Origin: Candidatus Nomurabacteria bacterium
GTDB lineage: Bacteria; Patescibacteriota; Minisyncoccia; Phycocordibacterales; UBA9973
Direction: 5' to 3'
Length of the DNA stretch: 64,000 bases
Assembly (NCBI GenBank): GCA_963842815.1
Contig: CAWJHU010000001.1
Location: 94,497-158,496, forward strand
This document shows, in pieces, positions 1 to 10,183 of the stretch. The notes under the pieces were generated by a model. It saw only the letters and a program-made list of their open reading frames with translations. It had not been told where the DNA came from and searched no databases. A program made the position numbers and the translations under genes. Numbering within the stretch: position 1 is the stretch's first letter; the number at the start of each line of letters is the position of its first letter.

Positions 1-400
1 TTTCTACTCCATAGGCCCCAATATTCTGTACAGGAGCGGCTCCCACAGTCCCAGGAATAAATGACAAATTCTCAATACCCCAATATCCGCGATTAACTGC
101 AAACATCATCAGGTCATGCCACATTTCTCCGCCCATGGCTTTTATAAAAACGTTTTCGGAATCTTCTTTGATTACTTCTATGCCTTTCAATTTATTCAAA
201 ACAACCATGCCCTTAAAATCTTTGGTAAATAAAATGTTGCTTCCTCCGCCCAAAAATAATTTTTCATTATTTTTAAATTCCGGAGATGAAAAAAGTTCTT
301 TCAAATCGGATTCGTTGTTCAATTCGACGAAAAATTTCGCCCGGACGAATATTCCGAAGGTGTTCAATTTGGTCAAATCATAATTTTTCTTGATTTCCAT
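1..400 (-). CDS. murB: UDP-N-acetylenolpyruvoylglucosamine reductase (5' part, runs off window)
   Basis: Manual translation from ATG at 400: MEIKKNYDLTKLNTFG...LGGGSNILF...GIENLSFIPGTVGAAPVQNIGAYGVE, MurB FAD-binding motifs; not in ORF track. Confidence 0.95.
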   Translation of the reverse strand, partial: MEIKKNYDLTKLNTFGIFVRAKFFVELNNESDLKELFSSPEFKNNEKLFLGGGSNILFTKDFKGMVVLNKLKGIEVIKEDSENVFIKAMGGEMWHDLMMFAVNRGYWGIENLSFIPGTVGAAPVQNIGAYGVE

Positions 401-402
401 AA

Positions 403-1791
403 TTAAGTGAAGATAAAAATTATCGTGCCAAGACTAACGATACACAACAACCCTACTGTAAACCATCCCAAGATATTAGCAACTTTTCTATTTTTAAATT
501 GCCCCATCACTTCTTCGTTAGCGCTTAAACGCAGGATAAAAAACAAAATAACCGGCGAAATGACGCCATTCAAAACAGCCGAATAAATAAGGGTTTTTAT
601 GGGGTCAAGCCCGACAAAATTCAAAATTATTCCCAAAAGCATAGCTACTATTATTACTCCATAAAAAGAAGTGGCCTGTTTTAATTTTCTATACAATCCG
701 TCCTTCCAATTAAATGCTTCGGACAAGGCATAGGAAGCCGAACCGGCTAAAATTGGAATAGCCAGAAGTCCCACACCTAAAATTCCGATGGCGAATAAAG
801 TGAAAGCAAAACTGCCGGCGAAAGGCCGTAATGCCAACGCCGCATCGGCAGCTGTTCCTATGTTCGTGATACCACCGGCAAATAAAGTGGCTGCGCAGGT
901 GGCAATAATGAAAAACATTATGAGGTTGGAAAGAAACATGCCGGACCAAACATCTATTCTCATTTTGTGAATATCTTTATTTGTAGTTAAAGCCCGTCGG
1001 GATTCTTCTGTTTTCTCTCCTTTTAGTATTTGCTCTTCCACCTCCTGGGAAGTTTGCCAGAAAAATAAATACGGGGAAATAGTGGTGCCAAAAGCCGCAC
1101 AAATCAAAATAATTTCATCTTTTGAAAAAGAAATTGCCGGAATAACTAAATGCTTGAACACATCTGCCCAGTTGATGGCCACCGAGAAGGCCGAAAACAC
1201 GTAGGCAAAAAGAACCAGAGACAAATATTTCAAATATCTTGAATATTTCTTATAGGAAACAAAAATTTGAAGACAAAGAGAGAGCACAGCAAAACCTAAA
1301 ACCAAAAAAGTGAATCCCATTTGAGGAAAAATGAGCTGAGCGCCCTTGGCCATAGCTCCCAGGTCCGCCCCGATATTGAATACGTTGGCAAAAAGAAGTA
1401 GTGCGGTGCAAAAATATAAAACTTTTTTTGAAAAATGCCTTTTAATGTTGGAGGCAAGTCCGGCTCCGGTTGCGAGTCCGATGCGGGCACACATTTCTTG
1501 AATAATTGCCATTAAAGGGAAAGAAAAAAGCGAAAGCCAAATCAAATTAAAACCCCGGGACGCTCCCATTTGCGAATAGGTGGCAATGCCCGACGGGTCG
1601 TCGTCGGCTGCACCTGTGGTCAATCCCGGACCCAAGGTTTTCCAATATTCTTCCGCTTCTTTTACCGGCTTTTCGTTTCCAATATCTTTTTTTATTTCCT
1701 GTTCCACTTCCACGCCCCTTTCCAACACTTCCGCCGGCGCGCTAAATATTTTTTCCAAGATGCTTCTTTTCATATTGTAATTATGACACAT
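403..1791 (-). CDS. NRAMP-family divalent metal transporter
   Basis: LGPGLTTGAADDDPSGIATYSQ and GTTISPYLFFWQ motifs, many TM helices; true start may be ~1773. Confidence 0.9.
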   Translation of the reverse strand: MCHNYNMKRSILEKIFSAPAEVLERGVEVEQEIKKDIGNEKPVKEAEEYWKTLGPGLTTGAADDDPSGIATYSQMGASRGFNLIWLSLFSFPLMAIIQEMCARIGLATGAGLASNIKRHFSKKVLYFCTALLLFANVFNIGADLGAMAKGAQLIFPQMGFTFLVLGFAVLSLCLQIFVSYKKYSRYLKYLSLVLFAYVFSAFSVAINWADVFKHLVIPAISFSKDEIILICAAFGTTISPYLFFWQTSQEVEEQILKGEKTEESRRALTTNKDIHKMRIDVWSGMFLSNLIMFFIIATCAATLFAGGITNIGTAADAALALRPFAGSFAFTLFAIGILGVGLLAIPILAGSASYALSEAFNWKDGLYRKLKQATSFYGVIIVAMLLGIILNFVGLDPIKTLIYSAVLNGVISPVILFFILRLSANEEVMGQFKNRKVANILGWFTVGLLCIVSLGTIIFIFT

Positions 1792-1805
1792 TTAAAGCAC
1801 TGATT

Positions 1806-2816
1806 CTAATGTTTAGAACTTGCCCGCTCTAGTCTGTCCATAATTGCTACACCAAGGCCTTTTGAGAGGAATTTTTGGCAAAGAATGACATCCACATCGC
1901 GCGCATCAAAGAATCGTAGGGCGCTGTATAGGTTTTTTGATATTTCTTCCAAATTATTTTCATCACCCAAGACAAAAATATTCGGCAGATATTTTTCAAA
2001 AAGATTTTTATTTTGCTCAGTTGCCATAATCCCGACTTTTAAATTTTTATTTTTTAGAATTTCTGCCTGATTTTTCATTTCCTTTTTTGAAACAATTTCC
2101 AATTTGGCTTTGGGCGCATAATGCCTGTATTTCGTGCCCGGAGAAGCCTGCAAATCATTTTTATTTTTCGCAAAAACAACCGACAGAGAAATAACTTTTT
2201 CTATCATTTCTTTTGTGATTTTCCCCGGTCGGAGAATCAGAAGACTATCGTCATTTATTTTTACCACAGTCGATTCTACTCCGATATTTGAAGGCCCCGT
2301 ATCAATAATCATTTCTATTTCCCCGGATAAATCGTCATAAATATCTTGTCCTGTTGTTCCGCTCGGCCGGCCAGAAATGTTTGCCGACGGCGCGGCGATA
2401 GGTACGCCAGCCAATTTAATAAGTTCGTGTGCAAAAATATTGGACGGCATTCGCACAGCAATAGTCGGAAGCCCTCCGGAAACAATATTAGAAATATCTT
2501 TTTTCTTTTCAAAAATAATAGTGAGCGGACCCGGCCAAAATGCGTCTATTAATTTTTTTTGATTTTCTGAAACATTATCCGTTAGTTTTTTCAACTGTTC
2601 TTTTTCGCCAACGTGCACGATTATTGGATTGTCGCTGGGCCTGCCTTTAGCCAGAAATATTTTTGCCAAAGCTTTTTCGTCAAAAACATTCGCTCCCAAC
2701 CCATATACTGTCTCCGTCGGGAAAACCACCAATTCTCCATTTTTTATAATGTTTGCCGCTTTACTCAAAACTTCTTTACTATTTTGTTCCGTAATTTTAA
2801 CAATTTCCGTTTGCAT
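1806..2816 (-). CDS. sua5: L-threonylcarbamoyladenylate synthase (Sua5, YrdC + SUA5 domain)
   Basis: VVFPTETVYGLGA, KGRPSDNP, APSANISG, PGTKYRHYAP motifs. Confidence 0.95.
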   Translation of the reverse strand: MQTEIVKITEQNSKEVLSKAANIIKNGELVVFPTETVYGLGANVFDEKALAKIFLAKGRPSDNPIIVHVGEKEQLKKLTDNVSENQKKLIDAFWPGPLTIIFEKKKDISNIVSGGLPTIAVRMPSNIFAHELIKLAGVPIAAPSANISGRPSGTTGQDIYDDLSGEIEMIIDTGPSNIGVESTVVKINDDSLLILRPGKITKEMIEKVISLSVVFAKNKNDLQASPGTKYRHYAPKAKLEIVSKKEMKNQAEILKNKNLKVGIMATEQNKNLFEKYLPNIFVLGDENNLEEISKNLYSALRFFDARDVDVILCQKFLSKGLGVAIMDRLERASSKH

Positions 2817-2828
2817 AGAAAAAGTTTA

Positions 2829-3323
2829 TTATTTTAATTTTTTAATAAATTTTTCTTCTATATCCTTGTCATGATGAAGTAAAAAATGGCAATTATGACA
2901 AAGCCAGGCTAGGTTTAAAACGGAATTATTTTTTCTATCGTGGTCAATGTGATGCACTGCCAATACTCTAACATCTTTTGTTCCACAAATCCCGCAAATT
3001 TTAGGAACTTTATACCTATTTAATACACTTCTATACGCAAATTTTCCCTCCTTCCAATTTGCGTGCTTGGGGCCAATAAAAACAGTATTCCGCCATTTTG
3101 TTTGGCAAGATTTTGTACAAAAATAAGTTTTGCTTTTGGAAACACGCAATGCTTTCTTCGTTTTATATACTTCCTTGCCACAAGAATGACAACTCACTAT
3201 TTTCCCAGTTCTACTACCGATACGCATACATTCTTGGGAACAATATTTTGCATGTCCTCTTTTCAGAAAAAAGGGCTTGCCATAGAATTTCTTTGAACAA
3301 ATTTTGCATTCAACTATAGGCAT
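2829..3323 (-). CDS. HNH endonuclease with N-terminal Cys-rich Zn-finger repeats
   Basis: CxxC...YCSQEC repeats; VHHIDHDRKNN...NLAWLCHNCH HNH motif. Confidence 0.85.
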   Translation of the reverse strand: MPIVECKICSKKFYGKPFFLKRGHAKYCSQECMRIGSRTGKIVSCHSCGKEVYKTKKALRVSKSKTYFCTKSCQTKWRNTVFIGPKHANWKEGKFAYRSVLNRYKVPKICGICGTKDVRVLAVHHIDHDRKNNSVLNLAWLCHNCHFLLHHDKDIEEKFIKKLK

Positions 3324-3420
3324 CTAGTAATTTTACCAAGGAAAATGCTAGATGTAAAATATACGGCTTGTGGATTAAAACCACAGAGCCAGTCTTTAAT
3401 AATAAACTTTTTATTAATTG

Positions 3421-3492
3421 GGAGACATGTGAGATTCGCACTCACGATAACTCCTCCACAGGGAGCTGTGTTACTACTACACTAATGTCTCC
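3421..3492 (-). tRNA. tRNA-His(GUG)
   Basis: Reverse complement G-GAGACAT...CTCC CTGTGGA GGAG...GTGAG TGCGAAT CTCAC ATGTCTC C; encoded G-1, C73 discriminator, atypical T-loop. Confidence 0.85.
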
Positions 3493-3536
3493 ATACAAAG
3501 GTATTTATACCAAAAAATATAGACAAATGCTACTTT

Positions 3537-4091
3537 TTATTTGTAGTCCGGACTCTCTTCCCTTATGCCGGATTTATAGTTTGCCAGCCTGGCTAGGGCA
3601 TAAAGAAGGCTGGAAAGACGATTTAAGTATGCCAGAGTAGATTCTTTTACGGAAACTTTGCCTTCTTCTTTCACTTCCACCACTCTTCTTTCCGCCCGGC
3701 GGGAAATAGTGCGAGCAATGTCAAAAACGGTAGCCAATTCAGTGCCCCCAGAAATGAAAAAAGATTTTATCGGAGGCAATTCTTTTTCAATGTAATCTAT
3801 TATGACTTCTATTTCTTTTATTTTTTCTTCATCAATGGACATGGAGGCTCCGGCCAATTCCGCCTGGACAATAAATAAATTTTTTTGAACTTCGTGGATT
3901 GTTGAATCTATTTTTATATTCCCCGATGTTTTAAGTTCTTCTCTTTTTGCTTTTATCTTGCAAAATCCCAGAAAAGAATTTATTTCATCCAGTGAACCCA
4001 GGGCTTCGGCAATGACGGAACTTTTGGAAATCCGCTGGTCGCATCCGAATGTTTTAGTTGTTCCCTTGTCTCCCTTTCTGGTGTAAAACAT
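3537..4091 (-). CDS. PduO-type cob(I)alamin adenosyltransferase family protein
   Basis: YTRKGDKGTT, GSLDEINS, ARTISRRAERR, YLNRLSSLL motifs. Confidence 0.9.
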   Translation of the reverse strand: MFYTRKGDKGTTKTFGCDQRISKSSVIAEALGSLDEINSFLGFCKIKAKREELKTSGNIKIDSTIHEVQKNLFIVQAELAGASMSIDEEKIKEIEVIIDYIEKELPPIKSFFISGGTELATVFDIARTISRRAERRVVEVKEEGKVSVKESTLAYLNRLSSLLYALARLANYKSGIREESPDYK

Positions 4092-4102
4092 TTTATAAAA
4101 AA

Positions 4103-4777
4103 TTAACGTTTTATAATCAATTCTTCTTCGGGAATATCTTTTTTGAGATTTTCTACGATTTTACCGGCCACATAGTCCGGGCTCATAAATTCTCCATAAT
4201 TTTCCGGCTTTTTTTCATCAAATAAATTGGTTTGCATGCCTCCCGGATAAATAGCCATCACTTTGATATTTTTTCCATTCACTTCTTTTCTGAGAGATTT
4301 TGTAAATCCCATGGCGGCAAATTTGCTTGCACAATAAGCTGTTTCATTCATCTTTCCCTCCAAAGCGCTTGTGGAAAGAATATTTATTATAGAGCCAAAA
4401 CCTTGTTTCCTCATTTGGGACAGAGCTACCTTAGAACCATAAACCACACCGAATAAATTAACCTCCATTAAATCATGAGCTCTTTTCCAGTCCGTTGTTT
4501 CAATGGGCATATGTGGCAACCAAATACCGGCATTATTGATCCAGATATCTAATTTCCCAAATTTTTCTTGAACAAAATTAACGATATTCTGCATTTCATC
4601 CTCTTTCGTGACATCCGCTTTTATTCCTATAATATTTTCTTCCAGATTTTTAAGTTCATCATCATTTTTAGAACACACCACAACCCTTGAGCCCTCTTTC
4701 AAAAAACGAAGAGAAAGGGCTTTACCCAAACCTTTTGTTCCTCCCGTAATAACCACTACTTTATTTTTCAGTTCCAT
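4103..4777 (-). CDS. SDR family oxidoreductase
   Basis: TGGTKGLG, NNAG, YCASK motifs. Confidence 0.92.
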   Translation of the reverse strand: MELKNKVVVITGGTKGLGKALSLRFLKEGSRVVVCSKNDDELKNLEENIIGIKADVTKEDEMQNIVNFVQEKFGKLDIWINNAGIWLPHMPIETTDWKRAHDLMEVNLFGVVYGSKVALSQMRKQGFGSIINILSTSALEGKMNETAYCASKFAAMGFTKSLRKEVNGKNIKVMAIYPGGMQTNLFDEKKPENYGEFMSPDYVAGKIVENLKKDIPEEELIIKR

Positions 4778-4800
4778 AAGTTAATTATAGCAAATTATTC

Positions 4801-4885
4801 TGGTGCCCAGGGGGGGACTCGAACCCCCATGCCTCTCGGCGCTACCACCTCAAGGTAGTAAGTCTACCAGTTTCTCCACCTGGGC
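4801..4885 (-). tRNA. tRNA-Leu(GAG)
   Basis: GCCCAGG...CTACC TTGAGGT GGTAG, long variable arm, GGTTCGAGTCC, ends ACCA. Confidence 0.95.
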
Positions 4886-4899
4886 AAAACAAAGGGTTT

Positions 4900-5304
4900 T
4901 TATTTTTCTACCTTTTCTGTTTCTTCGTCATCGTCCGCAACGAATGAGCGTAATTTTCGGCGAACGTCTTTTACTGCCTTGGCGCGAACATAGTAAAGTT
5001 TTGATTTGCGAGCTCGAGATTCTTTGGTAATTTCAATTTTATCAACAGCTGGAGAATAGAGCGGAAAAATTCTTTCCACCCCGACCCCGGAAGCAACCCT
5101 TCGGACAGTAAAAGTCGCCCCGATTTCTGTACCATGTTTGCGAGCTAAAACTATGCCTTCAAAAGCCTGAAGTCGTGTCTTCCCTTTTTCATCCAAGACT
5201 TTAGACCAAACACGCACCGTGTCCCCGGCGTTAAATTTAAGCTTTTTTCTTTCTTCAACATTAACAGAAGTAAGTTTCGTTTTATCTATTTTATTTCCTG
5301 CCAT
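4900..5304 (-). CDS. rplS: 50S ribosomal protein L19
   Basis: GDTVRV, RLQAFEGIVL, TFTVRR...GVGVERIFPLYSP, KLYYVR. Confidence 0.97.
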   Translation of the reverse strand: MAGNKIDKTKLTSVNVEERKKLKFNAGDTVRVWSKVLDEKGKTRLQAFEGIVLARKHGTEIGATFTVRRVASGVGVERIFPLYSPAVDKIEITKESRARKSKLYYVRAKAVKDVRRKLRSFVADDDEETEKVEK

Positions 5305-5360
5305 AATCGTTTTAATCTAACATAAACGAATTTCAAAGGCAAATTTGGGTTTTTATAAAA

Positions 5361-6023
5361 TTATTTCAACATTTTCTCAAATTCTTTAGGCAGAGGTGAT
5401 TCTACTTTAGTTTTTTTACCTTTTAAGTCTTTAAATTCTATGGACTTCGCGTGAAGTGCCAGTCTTTTAAAACCCTTTGGACAGGGCTTGCCCGGATTAT
5501 AAAGAGAATCACAGGCCACTGGATGATTTATAAATTTCATATGCACTCGTATTTGATGCGTCCGACCGGTTTTAGGGTGAATTTCTAAATATGAAAATTT
5601 ATTTTTTGAATCTTCAAATCTTTTTAAAACCCTGTATTCCGTAATAGCTTCCCGAAGTTCTCCCCTCACCCCGCGGCCGGCCAGATGCCGACGAAAATCT
5701 TTCGGACTTCGGCCAATGGGTTTGTTTATAGTATCGTGGTCATTTTTCACAAATCCCGAAACGATGGCGTGATAGGTTTTTTTTATTTCTCTTTCTTTAA
5801 ATTGATTTTTCAAAAATTCATAGGCTTTTTGGTTTTTCGCTAAAAGCAAAACACCGGATGTTTCTTTGTCTAAGCGATGAACTATTTCTATTTTGGGATA
5901 TTTTTTGATAAATAAATCCAGAATTGTTTTTTCTCTGCTTTTTTGGTCTGGGTGCACCAAAATACCCGAAGGTTTGTCTATGGCTAAAATATCTTTATCT
6001 TCATATAGGATTTTGATTTTCAT
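5361..6023 (-). CDS. RluA-family pseudouridine synthase
   Basis: HRLDKETSG, TGRTHQIRVH, LHA motifs. Confidence 0.95.
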   Translation of the reverse strand: MKIKILYEDKDILAIDKPSGILVHPDQKSREKTILDLFIKKYPKIEIVHRLDKETSGVLLLAKNQKAYEFLKNQFKEREIKKTYHAIVSGFVKNDHDTINKPIGRSPKDFRRHLAGRGVRGELREAITEYRVLKRFEDSKNKFSYLEIHPKTGRTHQIRVHMKFINHPVACDSLYNPGKPCPKGFKRLALHAKSIEFKDLKGKKTKVESPLPKEFEKMLK

Positions 6024-6122
6024 TGATTAACCTTTATTTTAACAGAAATTCTTGAAATTTTCTATGAAAAATAAAAACACTCACAGATCATTGACCTGCG
6101 AGTGCTACTTATCTTAACTTAA

Positions 6123-6968
6123 TCAAAGCTTGAGATATTGCGACAAACTGTCCAGCATTCTTTGATAACTGCTGGGGATGGCAACTTCTCCAATAAAATC
6201 ATTGGAGGGGGTGCATTCCTCCATTGTCTCCATCTTACATTTATCAAGAAGAGTGATGGCCTGGCAACTAAAATGAGTCGCCAGTGCGGTGTTACCATTC
6301 TGACGATAGTGTTCCGAAATTGCATAAGCATATTCCGCAGCGTTTCTAGGATCCGTCTCTTTGCATGCTTCAAAAATTTCCTCAAGATCCGTATATCTCT
6401 CCCAAGAAAAAATTTCCGAAGGATCAAACCAATTGCTAATCTCATGTTTTGCATCAAATGTGTTTTTTGATGCGTGGATGAGATTCATCACCGAACGTTC
6501 CTCTTTGTTCGCCGATATCGGAGAATCAATCGAAAAATCTCCCCTGATTGTGCCAGGCTCCGCCAAATAAGGCAACGTATGCCCAACAATTTTGCGCGCC
6601 GTATCAACGGCATGGACACCCTGAAACACCATCGGCATTATGAGACCGGAAGATAAATAACAGAAATTCCACTTCTTTATCTTTTGTCCGATAACAAATG
6701 GATCTTCGCTGCCAAAAGTATCAACAACATTGGCTTTGTACTTTTGACAAGTTTTCAGAGTATTATCTCCTAACCCGCGAATCCAGTCATCCGTACTGGG
6801 GAAATGCCCTTCAAGTTGTTTTTTTGTTGCAAAAATTAATTTGCAAGCAACCATTTTAAGCCCTGGTTGTTCCAGTCTTTTAATTATTTTACCGACCAAT
6901 CCACGTTTTATTGCATCGGTCTTAATAATTACTAGTGTTTGTTCGCCAATTCCTTGTCGATTTTTCAT
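6123..6968 (-). CDS. ndk: nucleoside-diphosphate kinase with C-terminal extension
   Basis: EQTLVIIKTDAIKRGLVG, PGTIRGDF, NLIHAS catalytic His. Confidence 0.88.
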   Translation of the reverse strand: MKNRQGIGEQTLVIIKTDAIKRGLVGKIIKRLEQPGLKMVACKLIFATKKQLEGHFPSTDDWIRGLGDNTLKTCQKYKANVVDTFGSEDPFVIGQKIKKWNFCYLSSGLIMPMVFQGVHAVDTARKIVGHTLPYLAEPGTIRGDFSIDSPISANKEERSVMNLIHASKNTFDAKHEISNWFDPSEIFSWERYTDLEEIFEACKETDPRNAAEYAYAISEHYRQNGNTALATHFSCQAITLLDKCKMETMEECTPSNDFIGEVAIPSSYQRMLDSLSQYLKL

Positions 6969-7092
6969 CGATTCCTCCTTTTAATGAACGATTTTTAAAA
7001 CCCTTAATGGATTTCTTCTGATGTGGAACATACCACACTCTATAGTTTTATACAAGAGCTGGCAGGGGTATGTTATTATTCTTTTCTTAAAT

Positions 7093-7130
7093 TGTGCCCC
7101 CTCATGGTCTCGGATATTGTAAGGTGAGAC
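7093..7130. repeat. left att site of island 1
   Basis: TGTGCCCC core plus GTGAGAC (7124-7130), inverted partner of GTCTCAC (24516-24522). Confidence 0.7.
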
Positions 7131-7294
7131 GTTGTAAGGGTTTCTTCAGCAATTTTAGTATATCACAATCAGCCCTCTCGGTCGGGTCTGAAATAGACAC
7201 AATGCACACTATAAAAAAGAGGTGCGTTTTGAAATGCCAACAAATGCCAATAAAATGAACTTTTGAAGATTCCTAAATATGATAGAATCAATTT

Positions 7295-7912
7295 ATGCAG
7301 AAAGATCAAAAACAAAAAATAACGGTCTCTCGTCACCTAAAAGCCATGAAGCTATATTCTGGTGTAAAAAAGATCCAAGATAATTTCTTAAAAGAGATAA
7401 AGAAAAGGTACACGGACTCAATTAAAAAAGAAATAAAGAATCTATTTAAGAAAGTAAATCCTAATAAGGAAGATTTAGAATTTTTCGGTAGACATCTTAA
7501 AGGAGCAGTATTTCCAGATACAAAAAATATAATAATTCAAATAACAAACGATGCTATTCAAAATGAAATAATAAGAAAGTATTCTGAAAGTAATAAAATA
7601 ACAATTTATCTTTCTAAAAGTGGCGACTTGTATTTAGAACCGAAAGATGAACACTGCTATAAAATGGAAAAGGGCTCTATCCGTCATCAAATTATCTTGA
7701 CTCTAAAAGATAAAGATAATCCATATTCAACACAAGAAATAATGAATGATTCCGAGGCAAAAAACACCAGAGCTATCAGAGATGCAATTGGTCATATAAA
7801 TAAAAACGCTGATAAATTCCTTTCAATTCACAATACAGAAACAAGGAGGCTTATTGTAAACAAAAGTGACGGCTATCAGATTAATAATCTATACTGTATT
7901 TTCGAAAAGTAG
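7295..7912 (+). CDS. hypothetical protein, possible C-terminal winged-helix DNA-binding domain
   Basis: 205 aa ORF; C-terminus ...AIRDAIGHINK...LIVNKSDGYQIN resembles an OmpR-type wHTH. Confidence 0.55.
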   Translation: MQKDQKQKITVSRHLKAMKLYSGVKKIQDNFLKEIKKRYTDSIKKEIKNLFKKVNPNKEDLEFFGRHLKGAVFPDTKNIIIQITNDAIQNEIIRKYSESNKITIYLSKSGDLYLEPKDEHCYKMEKGSIRHQIILTLKDKDNPYSTQEIMNDSEAKNTRAIRDAIGHINKNADKFLSIHNTETRRLIVNKSDGYQINNLYCIFEK

Positions 7913-7947
7913 CACATGCCGTCTCGGTGACGTGTTAATAATTCTTA

Positions 7948-7976
7948 AAAAAACCTTTAAATAAGGTGTTTTTTTG
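7948..7976 (+). terminator. probable intrinsic terminator
   Basis: aaaaaaacctt-taaat-aaggtgttttttt hairpin with T-run. Confidence 0.5.
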
Positions 7977-8027
7977 ATTTAAGTGGTTAGACAACGTATA
8001 GGAGTGTCGTGGTAATTTTTATTAATA

Positions 8028-9422
8028 GTGGTTGTCCCCACTTTTAATGTTTTAAAAAAAATTATGAATACTAAATTTGTAACAAAAACAAAACTTGTTT
8101 GGACAATGACCAAGCGGAAAGTTAAAGATATTCTCCCAGCTTCGTATAATCCGAAAACCATGACAGAGAATGAACGTCGAGATCTTGAAGATTCAATCAA
8201 GGAATTTGGAACTGCTGTGCCTGTGGTTTTAAATATTGGAAGTCGAAACAATTTTCTGATAAATGGCCACCAGCGTCTAATTATTTATGCTGATCTTGGC
8301 ATCGACGAAATTGACGTCATGGTTCCCAGTCGAGAATTAAGCGAAAAAGAAGAGATGACGTTAAATTTAAGATTGTCAAAAAATTTAGGTTCATGGGATG
8401 AAACAAAACTTAAAGACCTAGATATGAACCTACTTCTTGAGGTGGGTTTCGGAGACGATGAATTACAGAATCTATTCGATAACGTAGATGTGATTGATGA
8501 TGAGTTTGATGTTGGAAAAGCCATCCGAGAAACAAAGATAGCTAGAGTAAAACCAGGAGAAATTTGGGAACTGGGAGATCATAAATTACTTGTGGGAGAT
8601 TCAACTTCGCCGGAGCAAGTGCAAAAATTGATGGCCAACGAATTAGCTGATGTCATTTATTGTGATGGACCCTACAATATAGGGTTAAGCTATTCTGACG
8701 GAATTGGCACTAAAGGAAAATACGGAGGAGAATATGGCAGCCATACAAGAAGAGATGAGGCGAAAGATTTTCCAGATTTGAAATTCAAAAATATGAAAAT
8801 GTCGGACAGTAAAACGGTGCAGAAATATACCGAATTCATGGACAGCTCCATAAAAAATGCCATCAGTGTAGCTAAACCAAATTGTCATATATTTTATTGG
8901 TGCGATGAAAAATATATTTGGCTAATTCAAACATTATATGCTCAAAATAAAATTGAGAATAAGCGAGTTTGTTTGTGGATAAAAAATAATCAAAATTGTA
9001 CTCCGCAGGTAGCATTCAACAAAGCATATGAACCATGCGTTTACGGAGTTATTGGAAAACCGCATCTCAATAAAAATATCAAAAATGCTAATGAAATGTT
9101 AAATCAAGAAATTGGCAGCGGCAACCAGGTGCATGAAGAAATCATAGACATGCTAAATATTTGGCTAGAAAAAAGAGATAACGCTCAAGACTATGAGCAT
9201 CCAACCCAAAAACCGGTGACCCTAAATGAAAAGCCATTGAAAAGATGCAGTGCTCCAGGGCATATTGTGTTTTCTGGATTTGCCGGTGGTGGCAGTGATT
9301 TAATCGCCTGCGAACAACTTGGTAGAAAATGGCGAGGGGTTGAGATTGATTTGATTTTCGCTACGGTTTGTATCGACCGTTGGGAAAAATTTACCAACAA
9401 AACAGCGAAACTAATATCATGA
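8028..9422 (+). CDS. ParB-like N-terminal domain + N4/N6 DNA methyltransferase (phage type)
   Basis: YNPK...GHQRL ParB-like region; GEIWELGDHKLLVGDST; DGPY; HPTQKPV; FAGGGS. Likely start 8064. Confidence 0.88.
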   Translation: MVVPTFNVLKKIMNTKFVTKTKLVWTMTKRKVKDILPASYNPKTMTENERRDLEDSIKEFGTAVPVVLNIGSRNNFLINGHQRLIIYADLGIDEIDVMVPSRELSEKEEMTLNLRLSKNLGSWDETKLKDLDMNLLLEVGFGDDELQNLFDNVDVIDDEFDVGKAIRETKIARVKPGEIWELGDHKLLVGDSTSPEQVQKLMANELADVIYCDGPYNIGLSYSDGIGTKGKYGGEYGSHTRRDEAKDFPDLKFKNMKMSDSKTVQKYTEFMDSSIKNAISVAKPNCHIFYWCDEKYIWLIQTLYAQNKIENKRVCLWIKNNQNCTPQVAFNKAYEPCVYGVIGKPHLNKNIKNANEMLNQEIGSGNQVHEEIIDMLNIWLEKRDNAQDYEHPTQKPVTLNEKPLKRCSAPGHIVFSGFAGGGSDLIACEQLGRKWRGVEIDLIFATVCIDRWEKFTNKTAKLIS

Positions 9423-10183
9423 ATATTCAACAAGGAGACATTTATAAATTAGGTGAACATATTATTGCTTGTGGTGACTCACTGGATGCTTCTTTCGTTA
9501 ACCAAGTGATTGGCGACAAAAAGATCAGAGCCATAATTTCTGATCCACCTTACGGAGTTGCATATGTCGAAGGCAAGAAGGCCTTCAATAAATTAGGGGT
9601 GGATAGCGACAAAGTGATCATTGGGGATCAGCTTCAATCTGACGGAGAATACGCCAAATTCAATCAAGTATGGCTTGAAGCAGTAAAACCATACCTTGAG
9701 TCATATAACGCCTGCTATATCTTTAACGGCGACATGATGTATCCTGCCCTACGGGTTGGAATGCAAGAAGCCGGATTCTACTATAGCCAAATGATTATAT
9801 GGCTTAAAAACCATGTGGTGCTGGGACGGAAAGATTATCTGCCAATGTTTGAACTCATCGCTTACGGCTGGCATGGTAGACATAAAATGGAAAGGTCTAA
9901 AGCCAAGAGTGTGATTTTTTATCCCAAACCAAATGCCTCAAAATTACACCCTACTCAAAAACCTGTCGGACTACTCCGTAAACTGATACCAAACTCCACA
10001 AAAATAAACGAATACATTTATGATCCGTTTCTTGGAAGTGGAAGTACTGCTGTTGCCTGTGAGCATCTCGGTCGAAGATGTATTGGCATCGACCTTGATC
10101 CAGAATATGTTATAACGGCAATCACTCGTCTGGAAAAACTAACTGGTAAAACAGCAGAAAAAGTATGGTCGGTGAAAGCATAG
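9419..10183 (+). CDS. N4/N6 DNA methyltransferase
   Basis: SDPPY, HPTQKPV, DPFLGSGST; ATG at 9419 overlaps the upstream stop (ATGA). Confidence 0.92.
   Translation: MNIQQGDIYKLGEHIIACGDSLDASFVNQVIGDKKIRAIISDPPYGVAYVEGKKAFNKLGVDSDKVIIGDQLQSDGEYAKFNQVWLEAVKPYLESYNACYIFNGDMMYPALRVGMQEAGFYYSQMIIWLKNHVVLGRKDYLPMFELIAYGWHGRHKMERSKAKSVIFYPKPNASKLHPTQKPVGLLRKLIPNSTKINEYIYDPFLGSGSTAVACEHLGRRCIGIDLDPEYVITAITRLEKLTGKTAEKVWSVKA

Noticed and set aside
4803-5030. Plus-strand ORFs antisense to tRNAs (also 57726-58151, 3368-3640)
   Set aside because: Shadow ORFs of tRNA and known genes
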